From assembly GCF_009914755.1 (NCBI RefSeq), contig NC_060926.1: a stretch of 64,000 bases of DNA. The stretch is one strand, 5' to 3'. Below are positions 1 through 17,639 of this stretch, piece after piece. How positions within the stretch are numbered: the first letter of the stretch is position 1; every line of letters starts with the position of its first letter. The stretch comes from the human T2T-CHM13v2.0 reference genome, Homo sapiens. The notes below the pieces were generated by a model. It saw only the letters and a program-made list of their open reading frames with translations, had not been told where the DNA came from and did no database searches. A program made the position numbers and the translations under genes.

Positions 1-1292
<1,292 letters not shown>

Positions 1293-1899
1293 TTAAATTG
1301 TCACATCCATAACAGTATCCTGGGGCGAGTTCTTTTTCATTTGCCTAAAATTTGATGCACACACTCCATGCCTTATTGCAGATATAAATTTAGATGGCAG
1401 AATATAGTTAAGCATCTGAGTTATTCGGAAAGTAGCAATGTTGTGAAGAAAAATATTTTGACTAGATTAAGTGCTAGGAAGTAAACTGCAATGAAAATTA
1501 TGTGATACTCAGCACCAATTCTTCTTGTTTTGTGCTATATTAAGCCCATATCACTTGTGAAACGTTAGTTTTCATCCATCTTCTCTTTTGCATATACATC
1601 TAAAGGAAAAAGAGACTCAGCTTATTACAAAAGATAAATCCTACCTGTATTTGGGCTATGGGTCATCTATTTGTCTAAGATTTCAATATAGTAAAGCATC
1701 ATCTTACATTAGTAAAATGATTTTCCAGTTTCAATGTCAACACTATTGAACTCTTTCACTACTAAAACTTCAATCATTGTCCTGCAGCAGCCCAGACGTG
1801 GTCAACAAGAACACTGAGCAGAAAAACAACCTTGAGGATGAAAACAGGGATGTTCTCAGTTGAAGCCCACACTAGAAGAGCTATTTAAACAGCACTGAA

Positions 1900-2540
<641 letters not shown>

Positions 2541-3748
2541 GTTCTGAAATCCAGTCTGACTGATGTGGCGAAGTTAAAAAGTCAACCCCTTCCTTGCCTC
2601 CCCAACCGCAAAAAACCCTGGAGGTTTGTCTTATGGCTGCTACAGGAACATCATCCTTACAGTTTCCTTAAGCTGGCATTAAAAGTTGATATTTGCATAG
2701 ATGGTAACATTTACACAGCAGAGGTATTGGGAGGACTGGTGTATTTGATTATGTTTCATAAATCATGCACAGGTTTTGAAAAACATAGACCTATCCATAT
2801 AGCTGAGAATCTGCTGTCCACTGAGGGGGGGAAAAAGCTTTAAGAAATAGTTGACTGCTGAATCTGGTCCTTTGAAAGTTTTTCTACATGTAGAAATGTT
2901 GACTTGTGAATTTGTTGCCTTTAAGGGCAACTTTGTCTCTCAGTAGAGGCCATCATTCTAGCAAGGGTAGCATAGATTTTCCTGGCAGCCTAGAACAAGA
3001 ACTCCTGGTTAGCGGTTTTATCAGAGTGCCCAGTCAAGTCCTGGTTCTAAATTTTGCCTCTGCAACATACTGCAGAAAACTTTATAGAAGTCACTGGACC
3101 ACTCTGAGACAGTCTTCTTGTCTATTAAAGAGGGACAGTGCCTACTTCACAGGATTAAATGGAACAAGATATAATGAGCAGTAATATTTACTGAGTTCTT
3201 GCTATCACACCAGCATGGGCTAGATGTTTTGGACACTTTATCTCACTGAATCCTTGCAGCAGTGGGAAGGCTGAGACTCAAACTCAGGTAGTTCAGCCTT
3301 AGAGCCAGCAGATTCACATCCCACACTGAGCTGCATGTGACATTAAAATATCTACTCCAGGACCTGGCACATAATAGGCACACAATAAATCAACTTTTCA
3401 TCCTCATTTCCTAGTGCTGACATTTTCACATTGATAAAAACAAAAAGCATTAATTTCTCAATGATTATATATGCACAATAACCCATCTTGAAATGTAGCC
3501 ATTTTTCTTACTGTATTTACTGCATAGAAGATGTACTATAAACCTGATAACCGCAATGTGTCCAAATCCATGAACTTTATATAGTGCTTCTGAAAGTGCC
3601 CTTTATAGAGGAAATGTATTTGTTAACTGAATTATAATCAAATTCTTCTGTGCAAATCTACTAGGGAAAAACTTTGGACCTACAAAACGAGTAAGTGCAG
3701 GGTGACTTTCATAGACGTATTCATTGCCTAAAAAGAGAGCTATCTTGA

Positions 3749-3993
<245 letters not shown>

Positions 3994-5249
3994 CAGTGTT
4001 TCTAAAATATCTACAAAAACAGTTTGGAGTTAGTCCTAGGCAATGCTTTGCTGGAAATGGGATGTGTGATGGACCATTCTAAGGGAGCTGAACTGGCTGC
4101 TGTGAAGACATCAGGAACCCAAGTGAGACTGTGGTACGTAAGTCAGGAAGAAGGCACTTGCCTGGTTTTGAAAACATGTCCTGGGGATGGTTAGTGCCTA
4201 CAGTTCACAAAAAAAGCAAGCTGCCTGCTGAGGTAGTGAGTCAAGCAGCTGAATACACACTCCACTACTGCCACTAGAAGACAGCTGATTTCCTGAAAGT
4301 ACCTTAACAACTTTTCAAATCCTGGGATTCAATTATCTCTGAGTACACAAGAAGTGACTCAGGGACTCCTACAAATGAACTTTATGTTGAAATGTGAATG
4401 ACACTGTAAGAATCTCAAATCTAATAAACTCTACTATGGCCAAATATGTAGAAGCAGAAGTTCCTGTTTACTCCCTGTTTCTAAGGATATTGGTAGAGGG
4501 AAAAATAAAGCACTGTGATACCCATTTTCATAATTAGTTTATATCATTACAACATTTACTTTGTTGTTGTTTTTTTAATGTCATCTACATTGCTTTGTAT
4601 ATGAAAAAGCAGAAGTCCAACATTCAAGAGCCCACATGTGGCCCATAGACATGCTCTGCTGGCTTGGTACTGGCTTGGTTTCTTGTTTTTATTTATTTTT
4701 GGTTTGGTTTGGTTTATTTTGTTTCAACTAGTTGAACATATCCCAGAAAAAAAGGAAGGAAAAGATAAAGGAAAGGATCTGTGTTATTTACAAAGGCACA
4801 GAGGGAAGAGCAAGTGAGCTAGAGAGGCCAGAAGGAAACTCCCTGGGCCTGGCCACTGGAAGTATCCAGGAAGGGCAAGTGGCCATGCAAGGCTTAGTAA
4901 GAGCAGGACAGGTTGGAGAGGCGTCACCCAGATATCTGGCTAAATAGTTAATGATCAAAAAGAGAGAGAGATGGCAAGAAGGAAAGAATGTTAGATGCTA
5001 AGAGAACATAACTGAAGACGTAAAGGTTACTAGGCCTGGCCAAAGCTGAAAAGACCTGATGGAAGCCCCATGAGCTTATAATTTTCTAGCATTCTATTCA
5101 TAAAACAGGTAGGAGCGAGCTACCCAATTTATCAAATGATCTAAAACTGAGCTGTTAACCCACGTGTAAGAAACATGACAGGGACTAGTCCCTCAAAAGC
5201 TCTTATGCAGACACCTCTGCAAGTCATACCATGTAGTGATAAAGTCATA

Positions 5250-5325
5250 TTGCAGTAAGCCAAGGTCACAGCACAGCACTCCAGCCTGGGTGACAGAGCC
5301 AGACCCTGTCTCAAAAAAAAAAAAA
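5250..5325 (+). mobile_element. 5'-truncated Alu (3' end and tail)
   Basis: ttgcagtaagcc...cactccagcctgggtgacagagccagaccctgtctc(A)n. Confidence 0.85.
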
Positions 5326-5829
5326 GAAAGGTATTTTGGTCTAGACTCTTTTCCCTTTAGGGAATCTTCTCAAGTACAAAATGCAAAATGCAGATAGTAA
5401 CACTGGAAAATCAGCTAGCTGCTGTCTTCTGAGAGAAGGAAGGTGATCTCAAGTGAAACAATGTAAGGGCTTCTTCTCATTCACACAGAGAGGGTGCATA
5501 ATATCAACAGGACAGCAGCCATGGCTGTTGGATCCAGACAGTATTAGGTTTGACACTGTCACCAGTTCTAGTTGGCTGTGAATCTTAAGCAAGTTATTTA
5601 ACCTTCTGCATCCTAATTTCCTCCGTTAGAAAATGTAGATAATAATGTATACCTTGTAGAGTTTCCTGGTGCTTGGCTCCAGATGAAACATCATTTCTTT
5701 TTCAACATCATGGGGGAAATTCGGAAAATACCAGCAATTAAACTTTGACCCACTAATTAAAGGTTTGGCAGCTTTTTCACATTAAATTTTTGGCTGCCCT
5801 AGAGTTTTAGGATTTATATATTGTTCTTT

Positions 5830-6025
5830 TTTTAAAAAAATGGCTTTATTGAGGTATAACTTACATATGTAAAATTCACACATTTTAAGTGACAATTCAG
5901 TGATTTTTAATAAATTTACAGAACATAATTTATACCACAATCTAATAGAACATTTCCAATACCTCAAAAGAAACCTTGTGCCTATTTGCAGCCATTCTCC
6001 ATTCCCAGCTCGGGACTAGGCATCT
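5830..6025 (-). mobile_element. Old L1M 3' end fragment
   Basis: ctttattgaggtataacttacatatgtaaaattcacacattttaag resembles L1MB/ME 3' termini. Confidence 0.65.
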
Positions 6026-6159
6026 ACTTACTTACCTTGTCCTTTTAAAACTGAAATAGACTTTCTCACTGTATAAGTAATTTTAGTATTTAGGCAAATC
6101 GTAAAATTACAGCAAGGAGAAGCAAGGGTCTACAAAGGTTTGATTTTAAAATGCAACCA

Positions 6160-6474
<315 letters not shown>

Positions 6475-6752
6475 TCATACTGGAACAGAATCTTTCCACT
6501 GTTGGAAGTGCTGGGCTTCCTAGTCCAACAATCCCAGTCTCTCACAACCTAGCTTAGCTGTCCATTCACAGAACGCTGAGCATCAGTCAGATACTGGAGT
6601 GGCCACTACATGAAAGAGAACTGCTTATTTTTCTGGGGATTCTTGCCTCATCTGCAAAATGAGAATGAAGTCCTTCTTTGGGATAGATTTGGGAATCAAT
6701 AAGATAACACATGTACAACATAGTGTACAAGAGTAATGCTGATACTACTAAA

Positions 6753-6976
6753 CCAGCGCTGTCCAATGGAACTTTTACTGTAATGATGGACATGGACACT
6801 GTCTAATATGGCAGCCACAAGCCACATGTGGTTATTGAGCACTTGAAATGTGACTAGAGAGACTACTATGCTGAATTTTTAATTTAATTTTTAGAATTTT
6901 AAAGTGTTACTGTCTTTTAATTATTTTAAATTTAAATTCTACCTGTAGCTAGTGGCTACCATATTGGGCTGTGCGG
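6753..6976 (+). mobile_element. MER3 (hAT-Charlie MITE)
   Basis: Starts cagcgctgtccaat; internal agccacatgtggttattgagcacttgaaatgtg; ends gctagtggctaccatattgg. Confidence 0.85.
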
Positions 6977-7029
6977 TAGTAGACATTCAAAATGTCAGTT
7001 TCCCTTCTGGATTAGATAAACGAACGCTA

Positions 7030-7371
<342 letters not shown>

Positions 7372-9335
7372 TTAAGTGGACTAAGCGATCATGGAATATT
7401 CAGAGAAATATATCACTCCCAGTGGGTTTGTGCCCATTTTTCTCTGTTGTTTGTAATGACTTGACAATGCATTTTTCCACATTGCAGAAGGAACACAGCC
7501 CATTCTTGGTGACTTTCCCAGATTTCCCCGGGTAGATGAGTGAATATAACTCACTCACAAGGTTGTCATTAGGCTATCTTTATCTTGACAGGCTGGCCCC
7601 TCCCTTTCTTGCAAATGTGCTTCCTTTTCCTTCACCCCCTTTATCAAACATGCCCAGAACTCTTTGCTAGGGCACCTAGCCTAGCAGGGTCCAGGCTGCG
7701 TCTCCAAGTACATAGGCCCTACAGTGCCTGGCATGGCAGGACCTCGAGTTTGTTCAAAGAAAGACACAGTCACTCCCATCAGAATCTCTCTCTTCTTTGT
7801 TCCATGATTTTAAGTTCTTCTCGGGTGGTTACTTGACCAAGGTTGCTGTGTTTACTTGGTGTGACGCTAATTGTTAGCAACCTCACCCTCATGAGTTTTT
7901 TTGTTTTGTTTTGTTCTTTTTTTAATTACAGTCTTCAATGCCTTAATCCAGAGCGCTTGATAAGTATACATTCCCAGCACGTTGGTGGAGTGAGGAACTC
8001 TTGAAATTATATCGCCGAGATAACTTTTCTCTAAGGTATCTTGCATGGATTCTCACAAATAGGTTTTCAAAAATGTTGGCTGAAAAAATAAGACAAGTTC
8101 TGCTTACAATCACAGCAGCTCACTCTTATTGGATGGAAGACCTAAAATTCAGCCCCAGCTGTTAATCTGACTAAAGCTCCTTTTTAGGTTTCAAAGAGTC
8201 GTCAAGGGTAGCAAAGGAGCATGTTCATAAAAGGCTGTTAAAGGGAAGCGGAAGAGAATGAATGTTTGCTCATCCCTTACTAACTTATAGATATTATTAT
8301 CACATCAACCCTAAGAAGTAAGTTATGATTATCCACCCTGTACGGATGAGGCATCTGAGGCTCAGACAGGCAACAAGAACATCCTCACACACCATTCCAC
8401 ACACCCTCATAGGTCACTACATGGGGAGCAAGGGTGTGGTAGATTCATTTTTTAAAATTTCCCCTATAAAATCTGGTGCAAAAACTTACATTAAAACATC
8501 AAACATTTTAGCTGCCTTCAGTAAAACAAAATAACATTCCTCAGTATTTTGTTAATATTAATCAAATACCAGAATCTCACTAATTTACAATGATAGACGT
8601 ATTTTTTAAAATGCCAGTCTGAGATCATGGGAAGTGAATGGCAGACTGCTTTTCAAAAGACATGTTCACTATTTCTGCATTCACATGGTATCTGTAGGCT
8701 ACCAAGGTTTTGGTTTGTGAATTTCTTTGAGTTTCTGCTCTAACCACAAAATTTTTCTTCAGCATTTTAGTTCTTGGTAGGTGATTCTAAGGTAGCACTG
8801 AGAGTTTTCTTTTTCTCTAAAATGATAATGCCTCCGATTATGTTCACACCACTTATTTACAGATTATTTCTTGTAATTAAATTATAACTATATATAAATA
8901 TACAGTATAGTTCAAACTAAAGCACAGGCTTTGAATAATCTCATAAATGGAATACAAATTAATGGGTTCTATTACAACTATTTTACATAATTGATTTAAC
9001 AGGAAGTAATATTAATTTATAAAAGTTGGCCAATCTCACCCTTCCTGTTGTGCTGGCTAGTTTTTGCTATAATTGCCCTGATTTCAGACAGGTTTCTTTT
9101 AATTGCTAGTCTGAGGAGACCCATGAATGGAGATAACAGCAGAAGAATTTTAATTGACCCCACAAGTACAAGGAGAGAGGTGACAAAAAGGCCCAGATAG
9201 AGATGGAAAGGAAATCTGTACCAGCCATGGCCATTTAGCCACTTCTGAGAAAGGAGAAACTGAGATGTGAGCTACAAGCAGATTTGCAAGTTAAACCAGT
9301 GGTAATGATGGTAGCAAGAGGGTAGATTCCTTTTG

Positions 9336-9394
9336 TTAGGTTGAATCATGAAATTGCAAACATTGCAATTGTAATTTCACGTGGTTCAACATAT
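9336..9394. mobile_element. MADE2-like mariner MITE (degenerate hairpin)
   Basis: ttaggttgaatcatgaaattgc ... gtaatttcacgtggttcaac inverted termini match the MADE2 TIR as I recall it. Confidence 0.7.
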
Positions 9395-10779
9395 ACATTG
9401 GGAAAGAACAAAAAACAAAGATTACTTGATATGGATGCTTTTGGGCAAAAACTGCTGTGATAATCAGCACATAATATTTTACATGTATGTAAGAAGTGCT
9501 ATATCAATAAGCACAATTAGCAATAAATCAAAAACCTTCTGTGAGACTAAGGAGTAACAGAAGTTGAAAACACCCATGATCATTTTTGCATCCAACAAGA
9601 ACTTTATTGTAACAGTAGGGACAGTGAGATTGTGGAGCTCACTTTCCTTCTGGGAAAGCGAAAGTGATCACCTACTGGGAGAAGGTGGCCTCCAGCAACC
9701 AAGCTTTACTATATACAGGTCACAGAATAACAACATGGGACACTGAGCAGCTGATCTAGAAACCCACCCTGCCTAGTCAAAACTTCATGAGAGCTTCTGA
9801 TCAACCTACATGACAGGTGTGTGACAGGGTGGCTCCCGCTGGCTGATCCCGGCAGTTGCACTTGGCAGCATTAGACCCGGCACAAGGTCTTCATTCCAGG
9901 GTGGCTGCTCAAGCTGCACTAATCTAGTTTCAGCAGAGACGTTAAAAGGAAATCACAGTATTTGTTCAGAAAATCCTGAATATGCTGCTGGTAGAAGCAG
10001 TGCTGCATACTGATGAGGCGCTGATCATTGCCTGAAAACACGGACTTCTGTGACTTTTCTGGAAAAGTGATTGACTGAGAGACGCTTTCTTCTCACATGG
10101 CGCCCAGAGTGGTTTACAAAGCAGCACACCCAACACTACTTTTACATTGTGGTCTGTTTTCTTGAGAGTCAGATTCTTGAGAGAGAGATACGACAACAGG
10201 ATATATGTTTCCCCTAAAAGTAGCTTCAGGCAATCACTTGTGTCTTAAAAAAAAAAAAAGAAAAGACTTCCTTCTGTCACATAAAAAAGAATAATATAGC
10301 TTGGTTTAGAAGACAGGAAGAAAGTAGGGAAAAGGACTTGAGCCTCGCCCATGTCATTTCTGTAGTCCCAGGAACTGTGTGATGAAAAAATATCTTTAAA
10401 TAACTCTTTGGAATGATTTTTTTAAAAAACTGGCTAAAGTTTCTCATTAAGGGAATGTGTATGCATGGCTAACTGAATCCAGGTATGCCATCAAAAACAG
10501 AAGGAGATCCCCCAGAGGTGGCTGAAGACACAATGGAAACCACAGTAAAGCATCTACACTTCATTTCAGGCAGGAGTCATGTCTTACCAGTTTTGTGGTC
10601 CTCAGAGTTCCTAGCACAAAGCTTCATAGGAGCTCAAAACTATTTGCTGAATGAAAGAATCAATGAGATGGCTTCAGGGGGAAGAAGAGAACCTTAAATG
10701 GAGACCCCAATACTGCCCAGACTTCACCCAAAGGGTGTACACTCTTCCTGCCTCCAGGGGTTGCTGGAAATTATGTAGG

Positions 10780-11800
<1,021 letters not shown>

Positions 11801-11892
11801 GAGTAAAAATAGAAATAAGGACAAAGCAAAAAAAGAAAACTACAGGCCAATGCCAATATCACTGATGAATAAGACACAAAAATCCTCAACAA

Positions 11893-12052
11893 GGCTAAGA
11901 GTGGTGGCACATGCCTGTAATCCCAGCACTTAGGGAGGCTGAGGCAGGAGAATTACCTCAGCTTAGGAGTTCAAGGCTGTAGTGAGCTATGATCATGCCA
12001 CTGCACTCCAGCTTGGGCAACAGATCAAAACTCTGTCTCTAAAAAAGATAAA
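11893..12052 (+). mobile_element. FRAM/Alu monomer inserted in the L1 fragment
   Basis: Single monomer flanked by the TSD aaaat(c)ctcaacaa. Confidence 0.85.
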
Positions 12053-12972
12053 AATAATTTAAAAATCTCAACAAAATACTAGCAAATGGAATCCAACATA
12101 TCAAATATCACGTGGGATTTATCAAGTGGGATTTATCCCAGGGATGCAAGGATGATTCAACATATGCCAGTCAATAAACATGACACATTGCATCAACAGA
12201 CTGAAAGACAAAAGCCATATGATCATTTCAACAGATGCAGAAGACTCATTTGACAAAATTCAACACCCTTCATGATAGAAACTCTCAACAAATTAGGGAT
12301 AAAAGGAACATATATCAATGTAATAAAGCCCATGTATGACAAACCCACAGCTAACATCATACTGAATCCTCTAAGAACTGGAACAAAGATGCCCACTTTT
12401 GCTACTGTTATTCAACATATACTGAAAGATTTAGCCAGAGCCATCAAGCAAGAGAAAGAAATAAAAGGCATCCAGATGGAAATCAGAAAGTCAAACTGTC
12501 CCTCTTTACAGACGACATGATCTTAAATATATAGAAACCTAAAGACGCCACCAAAAAACTCTTAGAACTGATAAACAAATTCAGTAATGTTGCAGGATAC
12601 AAAATAAACATACAAAATCAGTAGTGTTTCTATACACCAATAATAGACTCGCTGAAAAAGGAATCAAGAAAGCAATCCCATTTATAATAGTTACAAGATA
12701 ATAATAATAATAAAATATCTATGAATACTTTTAATCAAGGAGGTGAAAGACCTTTACAACAAAAACTACAAAACACTGATGAAAGAAATAGAAGAAAACA
12801 CAAATGGAAAGACATCCCACGTTCATGGATCAGAAGAATTAATATCATTAAAATGACCATATTACCCAAAGCAATCTCCAGATTCACTGTAATCCCTGTC
12901 AAAATACCAATAACATTCTTCAAAGAAATAGAAAAAAAATCTAAAATTCATATGGAACCAGAACTCAAATAG

Positions 12973-12973
<1 letters not shown>

Positions 12974-13021
<48 letters not shown>
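12974..13021 (+). repeat. (CA)24 microsatellite
   Basis: Perfect dinucleotide run. Confidence 0.97.
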
Positions 13022-13023
<2 letters not shown>

Positions 13024-13721
13024 TCCTGAGCAAAACGAACAAAGCTGGAGGCATCACAAAACCTGACCTTAAAATATACTACAAAGCTACAGTACCTAAA
13101 ACAGCATGGTATTGGTATAAAAAACAGATACATGTTATCCACGGAAGACATGTTTTTAAAAAGCATGCCTCATTTGTGAAATAGAAGAGCATGTAGCCAG
13201 GCACCATGGCACATGCCTATAGTCTCTGCTACTCTGGAGTCTAAGACAAGAGAATTTCTTGAGCCCAGGAGCATGGCACAGACCTCCAACTAATAAAATG
13301 TGAAATCATTAAGTCAGAAGATCGCATTGTACAATAATCTAGTATGTTATTTGAAATTGTGTTAAATTTACTGAGAATCTATTATGCATCAATATACCTA
13401 AATATACTAGAGGAAGGAAACAGATTTAAGTTCACTTTAAACCCTACCATACAGCTTGAATTTTTACCTTCGGAATTTTTAAAAACAAAAACATTATAAA
13501 TCTCTATATACCTATATATATTTGTACATAAATATATAAAAATATGCATATTTTTACAGAGTTATACAGCTTAAGATTACCTGCATTAACCCTAAAATAA
13601 TGATTTGATAGGTGACATTAAATATTAATAATCACTATCAAAACCAATAATAACCACTATTATTTATTGAGCACTTACTATGTCCCATGATTAGTGTTAA
13701 GTACTTTTATTAATTGTGTAC

Positions 13722-14021
13722 TTTTTTTTTTTTTTTTAGATGGAGTTTCGCTCTTGTCATCCAGGCTGGAGCGCAAATGGGGCAATCTCAGCTCACATGC
13801 TCCTCTGCCTCCTGGGTTCAAGCAATTCTCCTGCATCAGCCTCCCCAGTAGTTGGAATTATAGGTGCATGCCATGATATCCAGCTAATTTTTTGTATTTT
13901 TTGTAGAGACGGGGTTTCACCATGTTGGCCGGGGCTGCTCTGAACTCCTGACCTCAGGTGATTCGCCTGCCTTGGCCTCCCAAAATGCTGGGATTTCAGG
14001 GGTGAGACACCACGCCCAGCC
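13722..14021 (-). mobile_element. AluS
   Basis: Full reverse dimer with ctgacctcaggtgat. Confidence 0.92.
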
Positions 14022-14669
14022 AACTGTGTTCTTTCAAAAAGAATATTTCCTGTGAGAGGCCCAGGGGCCCCAACAGAGACTATATTAGTATGAGTTTTTC
14101 TCTTTGATCACCAGTCTCCTAAATTTGTGAAGCCTGTAGGCCTTCTAGGTGATATCGCCTTGTGCAGTAATTTAACTTCAGGTACAAATGCTGTTTTTGA
14201 ATTAGAAGATGACGAATGGTTGGAAGTCTCTGAAGGTATGGTGGGCCCCTTGTGCACATGCTGCCTCACCAGCAAACACCCAGGGCTCTAGGTAAGAGCT
14301 ATGCCTACCCCTAGCTTCCTCCACAGAAGAAGCTTATTGTCACAAGACATGCACCCTAGGTTGTGCTACTCCTTACAGCACTGCTTTCCTCGTTTGACTT
14401 TTGTGGCCTTGATGGTAACCACACGATACCCACCCCTCCCATCAGCATGGAACAACCCCATTTGGAGTTTGGAGTGGTACAGGCCCATACTCTTTCCTGG
14501 GGTAGTGCCCTTCCTCTCCAATCAGTTCACAGGGCAGGAGATGACAGCAAGGCTTGCTTTTTTGATTCCTATCTGCTAATTCTGTGTTCTGTGTGTTAGA
14601 GGTCATTATGGCAGAGGAAAAGGTTATTCTTAGTTTAACCTTTGGAACTAGGAAATAGGGTTTTGATTG

Positions 14670-14850
14670 GAATAAAACAGCACTTTACTGATGTTATCTA
14701 ATTTAGTCACAATAAAAACTTAAGAGATAGATTTCATTATCCACACTGAAGTAAACAAGGCTTAGAGACACTAAATAAGATGCCCAAGGTCATGCAGCTG
14801 GTAAAGTGTGGTGAACCCTGGTTGGACTGGCTCTAAAGCCCTTGCTAATT
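14670..14850 (-). mobile_element. MIR
   Basis: aggcttagagacactaaataagatgcccaaggtcatgcagctggtaa core. Confidence 0.65.
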
Positions 14851-17639
14851 AACTAATAATCATGCCCAGCAGAAGTGTTGGTAGGCACTGTTGGATGAGC
14901 AGATCACTGAGGTTGAAGACATTAAAAAAAGAATCTCTCTTTCTGTCTCTGCATTTAGATTGAACTAAAAATTACTGAGAATGCTAGGTTCTCTCCAGCA
15001 CATTATCTTGATTTCTCTCCAAAGCTCTTTCGAGGTCCTATGAGAGAAGTCAGGCCACATGCTCAAAGTCACTGGGCCATGATCCACTGGCGAAGCTGAG
15101 ACTTGCATTTCAAGCAAGAACATCTCTTGGATGATCTCTAAGATTCCTCTGAGGTCTGTTGTTAAAGATGTCAGCCTAGTGCCAGGAATTAGGTCTTCAA
15201 GTGCTTGGTGATGGAATCGGTCATTTGAATTGACATCAAAACACATACAATCAACTATTACTAAAGCAGTGACTACCAAACCTTGGATTTTCTCTTCCCT
15301 TCCTCCAGTGAATTAGCTCATCAATAGATCCAAGGCGGTCAAAGAGAGAAGCCACGTCTGCTCATCAATTTGTTGGAAACTTTTTTGGACCAAACAAATA
15401 GAAAAAAAAGTAACTAGATGAAACCTTGATTTAAATAAGTCTGACAGAGAAGCTATAAGTTAATTTATTCTGATCATTACCTTGATTCTTCATTAGGGAA
15501 TATAAGGAGAGGAGGTGGTTACTCATACGAGAGCTGGCGTACAATAAGCAGTTTTGAGTGGTGCCATGAAGCTTGACTACCTGGGCTGGAATTCTAGAGC
15601 TGCTCCTTACTAGACATTTGCTTTCAAGCACAATACTTATTCTTTCTGGGCTCAGTTTCCTTTCTGAAAGTGAGTATAATAACCTAACTCATGGAGCTGC
15701 CATGAAGATTATGCACTCAGAATGTGCAAGCACTCAGCCAAGGAATCACACAATGCAGGTTAATGAGAACACTTCAGTATATGGAATTGTCCTGGCCCTT
15801 TGTTTTTTGGGTGAGGCCAATTTGCTGTTGTAATCCCTCTCTTCAAAAAGGGATAGAAATATAAAACTTAATTAATTCAAGTGAGTAGGAATTAAATGCT
15901 CTAGTAAGAACTTTGGGACAACTAAAGGTATTGGCTGAAATGAAATATAGGAATCATGTTGGTTGTATTCCTCCATATTTCTTCTGCCTGCAAGAAGTGT
16001 GTTTACTCAGAGGCATCACCTTGTTTGGGAATAACAAGAAGACAGTCAGTTCTGGTTTTCTTGGTCAGACAGCAGCATGAATAAGACTGCTGTCCTTTGC
16101 ATATGAGGCTGACACTCCTGACCTGCTGTCTCCTCTGGGCTGCGTGGCTCTGAACTCGCATCAGCTGGGATGGCTGTGGGTTGCCCCTCCTCTTTATGAC
16201 CCAGTACCCACTTCAAGACGGCCAGGGCTAGGGACGGTCACCCATCACAGAGCACTGTCGCAACCTCTGCTAGCTGACCCACATACCAAAATTCAAGGCC
16301 GGCACTCTCAACAAAACGAGCCAACCCACCACAAACTTTTAGAATCCTAAACAGGTGTGAAAAGTCACCCCTCAGAGACAAAACACTCTATTCCCTCCCA
16401 AAAGCTGAATATGAGCTCTCTGGCCAAAGGATGCCCTTTTGTTGTTTCAACGAGGAAAATAAGGCAGCTATTCCTTTTACTTAGCTATTTTTTAAAAATT
16501 CTATTTTCTCATTATCTTTGCTTTTCTATGAGATGCATGCCTTAAAAGGAATAATTCCTATTTTAAAGCTAAGACAAATTTATTAAAAATAGGTCTTTTG
16601 TTATCATTCTCATGCTGCATCATTATAGATAAATTCACAAACCATATGCATATATTATCCAAATGGCTGGATTTGAAATAAATTAACAAATGTTTGAGTA
16701 ACATAGACCTATACTGTCTATGGCTGGGTGTGATGATGGGCATAGAGTGAAATCCAAGTCCAGATGAAGGCAAGGGCCTGAGGACAGAGGTAAAGGGTTC
16801 AGAGCAAAATACAAGAGGCAGGCAGGATGTCCATTCAGTGGGAAAATTTTTTCCTCCCAGAATCATCCTGAAAGCTCTTCTTCTCCCACCAATATTGATC
16901 AAACTCCTTCAGTGCTGCACAGCAAAGATCAGAGAGACCCACAGTGCAGAAGAGGACAGTCCTGAGGATGACAGGTAGCATTCAGCAGGTTGAACTGGAG
17001 GAGAGAGGAGGCCCTTCTTCTAGCTGGTGTTGCATGCACCTATGCACTGGCTAGTGGGAACAAGAGAGACGAGTTCAAGAAATTCACACTCAGTACTTTA
17101 ACAGAGAGTTTAGGGGAAAATGCAGACACAAAGACCAAGAACTCTCTGCTCTTGAATAAATGGTCTTAGATGAGGAAGAAACATTCCAGCAGAGTGGCCT
17201 GAGAAATAAAACAGTACTGGATCTGTGAACTATCCAGTACTGCAGAAGGAAGGTCCCTGGAATAAAGGGGCCTCAGAGATACTTCCCTTATATAACTTCC
17301 CCAGGGCAAATATGCTACCAACTCCCAAAGACAAGGGACTACAAGTTGGTACTCAACATTCTTGCAGAATCTTTGCAGCTTTCTGTACACATAGTAGAGA
17401 AACTATGCTTAATTGTTTAGTTTTAACTTCACAGTATAGCTTTAGTCATTTTTACCGAGCATTTTATTGTCTTTATTAAGTTCTAAATGAAAGAACCCCT
17501 TCAGGTGGTCGTATGTGAACCAGGTGAACTGTCGCTAGGTACTAGGTACCCCAAGAGGACAGGGCGGGTAAGTGGACTTCCATATACCAACCATACTCGG
17601 TGCCCTAACAACACTAGGTCATGTCTGATTGTCTACTAT

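Larger units (their letters stand above)
11825..13140 (+). mobile_element. L1 (L1MA/L1PB-type) ORF2 reverse-transcriptase-region fragment
   Basis: ORF-track peptides [32 protein letters not shown] and [25 protein letters not shown] are L1 ORF2p; frameshifted. Confidence 0.9.

Noticed and set aside
6030-6053. Perfect minus-strand donor AAG|GTAAGT with an AG 15 nt upstream (possible microexon)
   Set aside because: The polypyrimidine tract is weak and the 15-mer has an immediate in-frame TAA. Such pseudo-sites are common in long introns.
10010-10055. Hammerhead-ribozyme-like string CTGATGA-GGC...GCC-T-GAAA followed by a small hairpin
   Set aside because: There is an extra T before GAAA, no U at position 16.1, and no stem I pairing. 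It is also antisense to the gene.
12113-12140. Short direct duplication gtgggatttatc x2 (similarly aagtaccataa x2 near 17817)
   Set aside because: Ordinary slippage-type microduplications inside decayed repeats.
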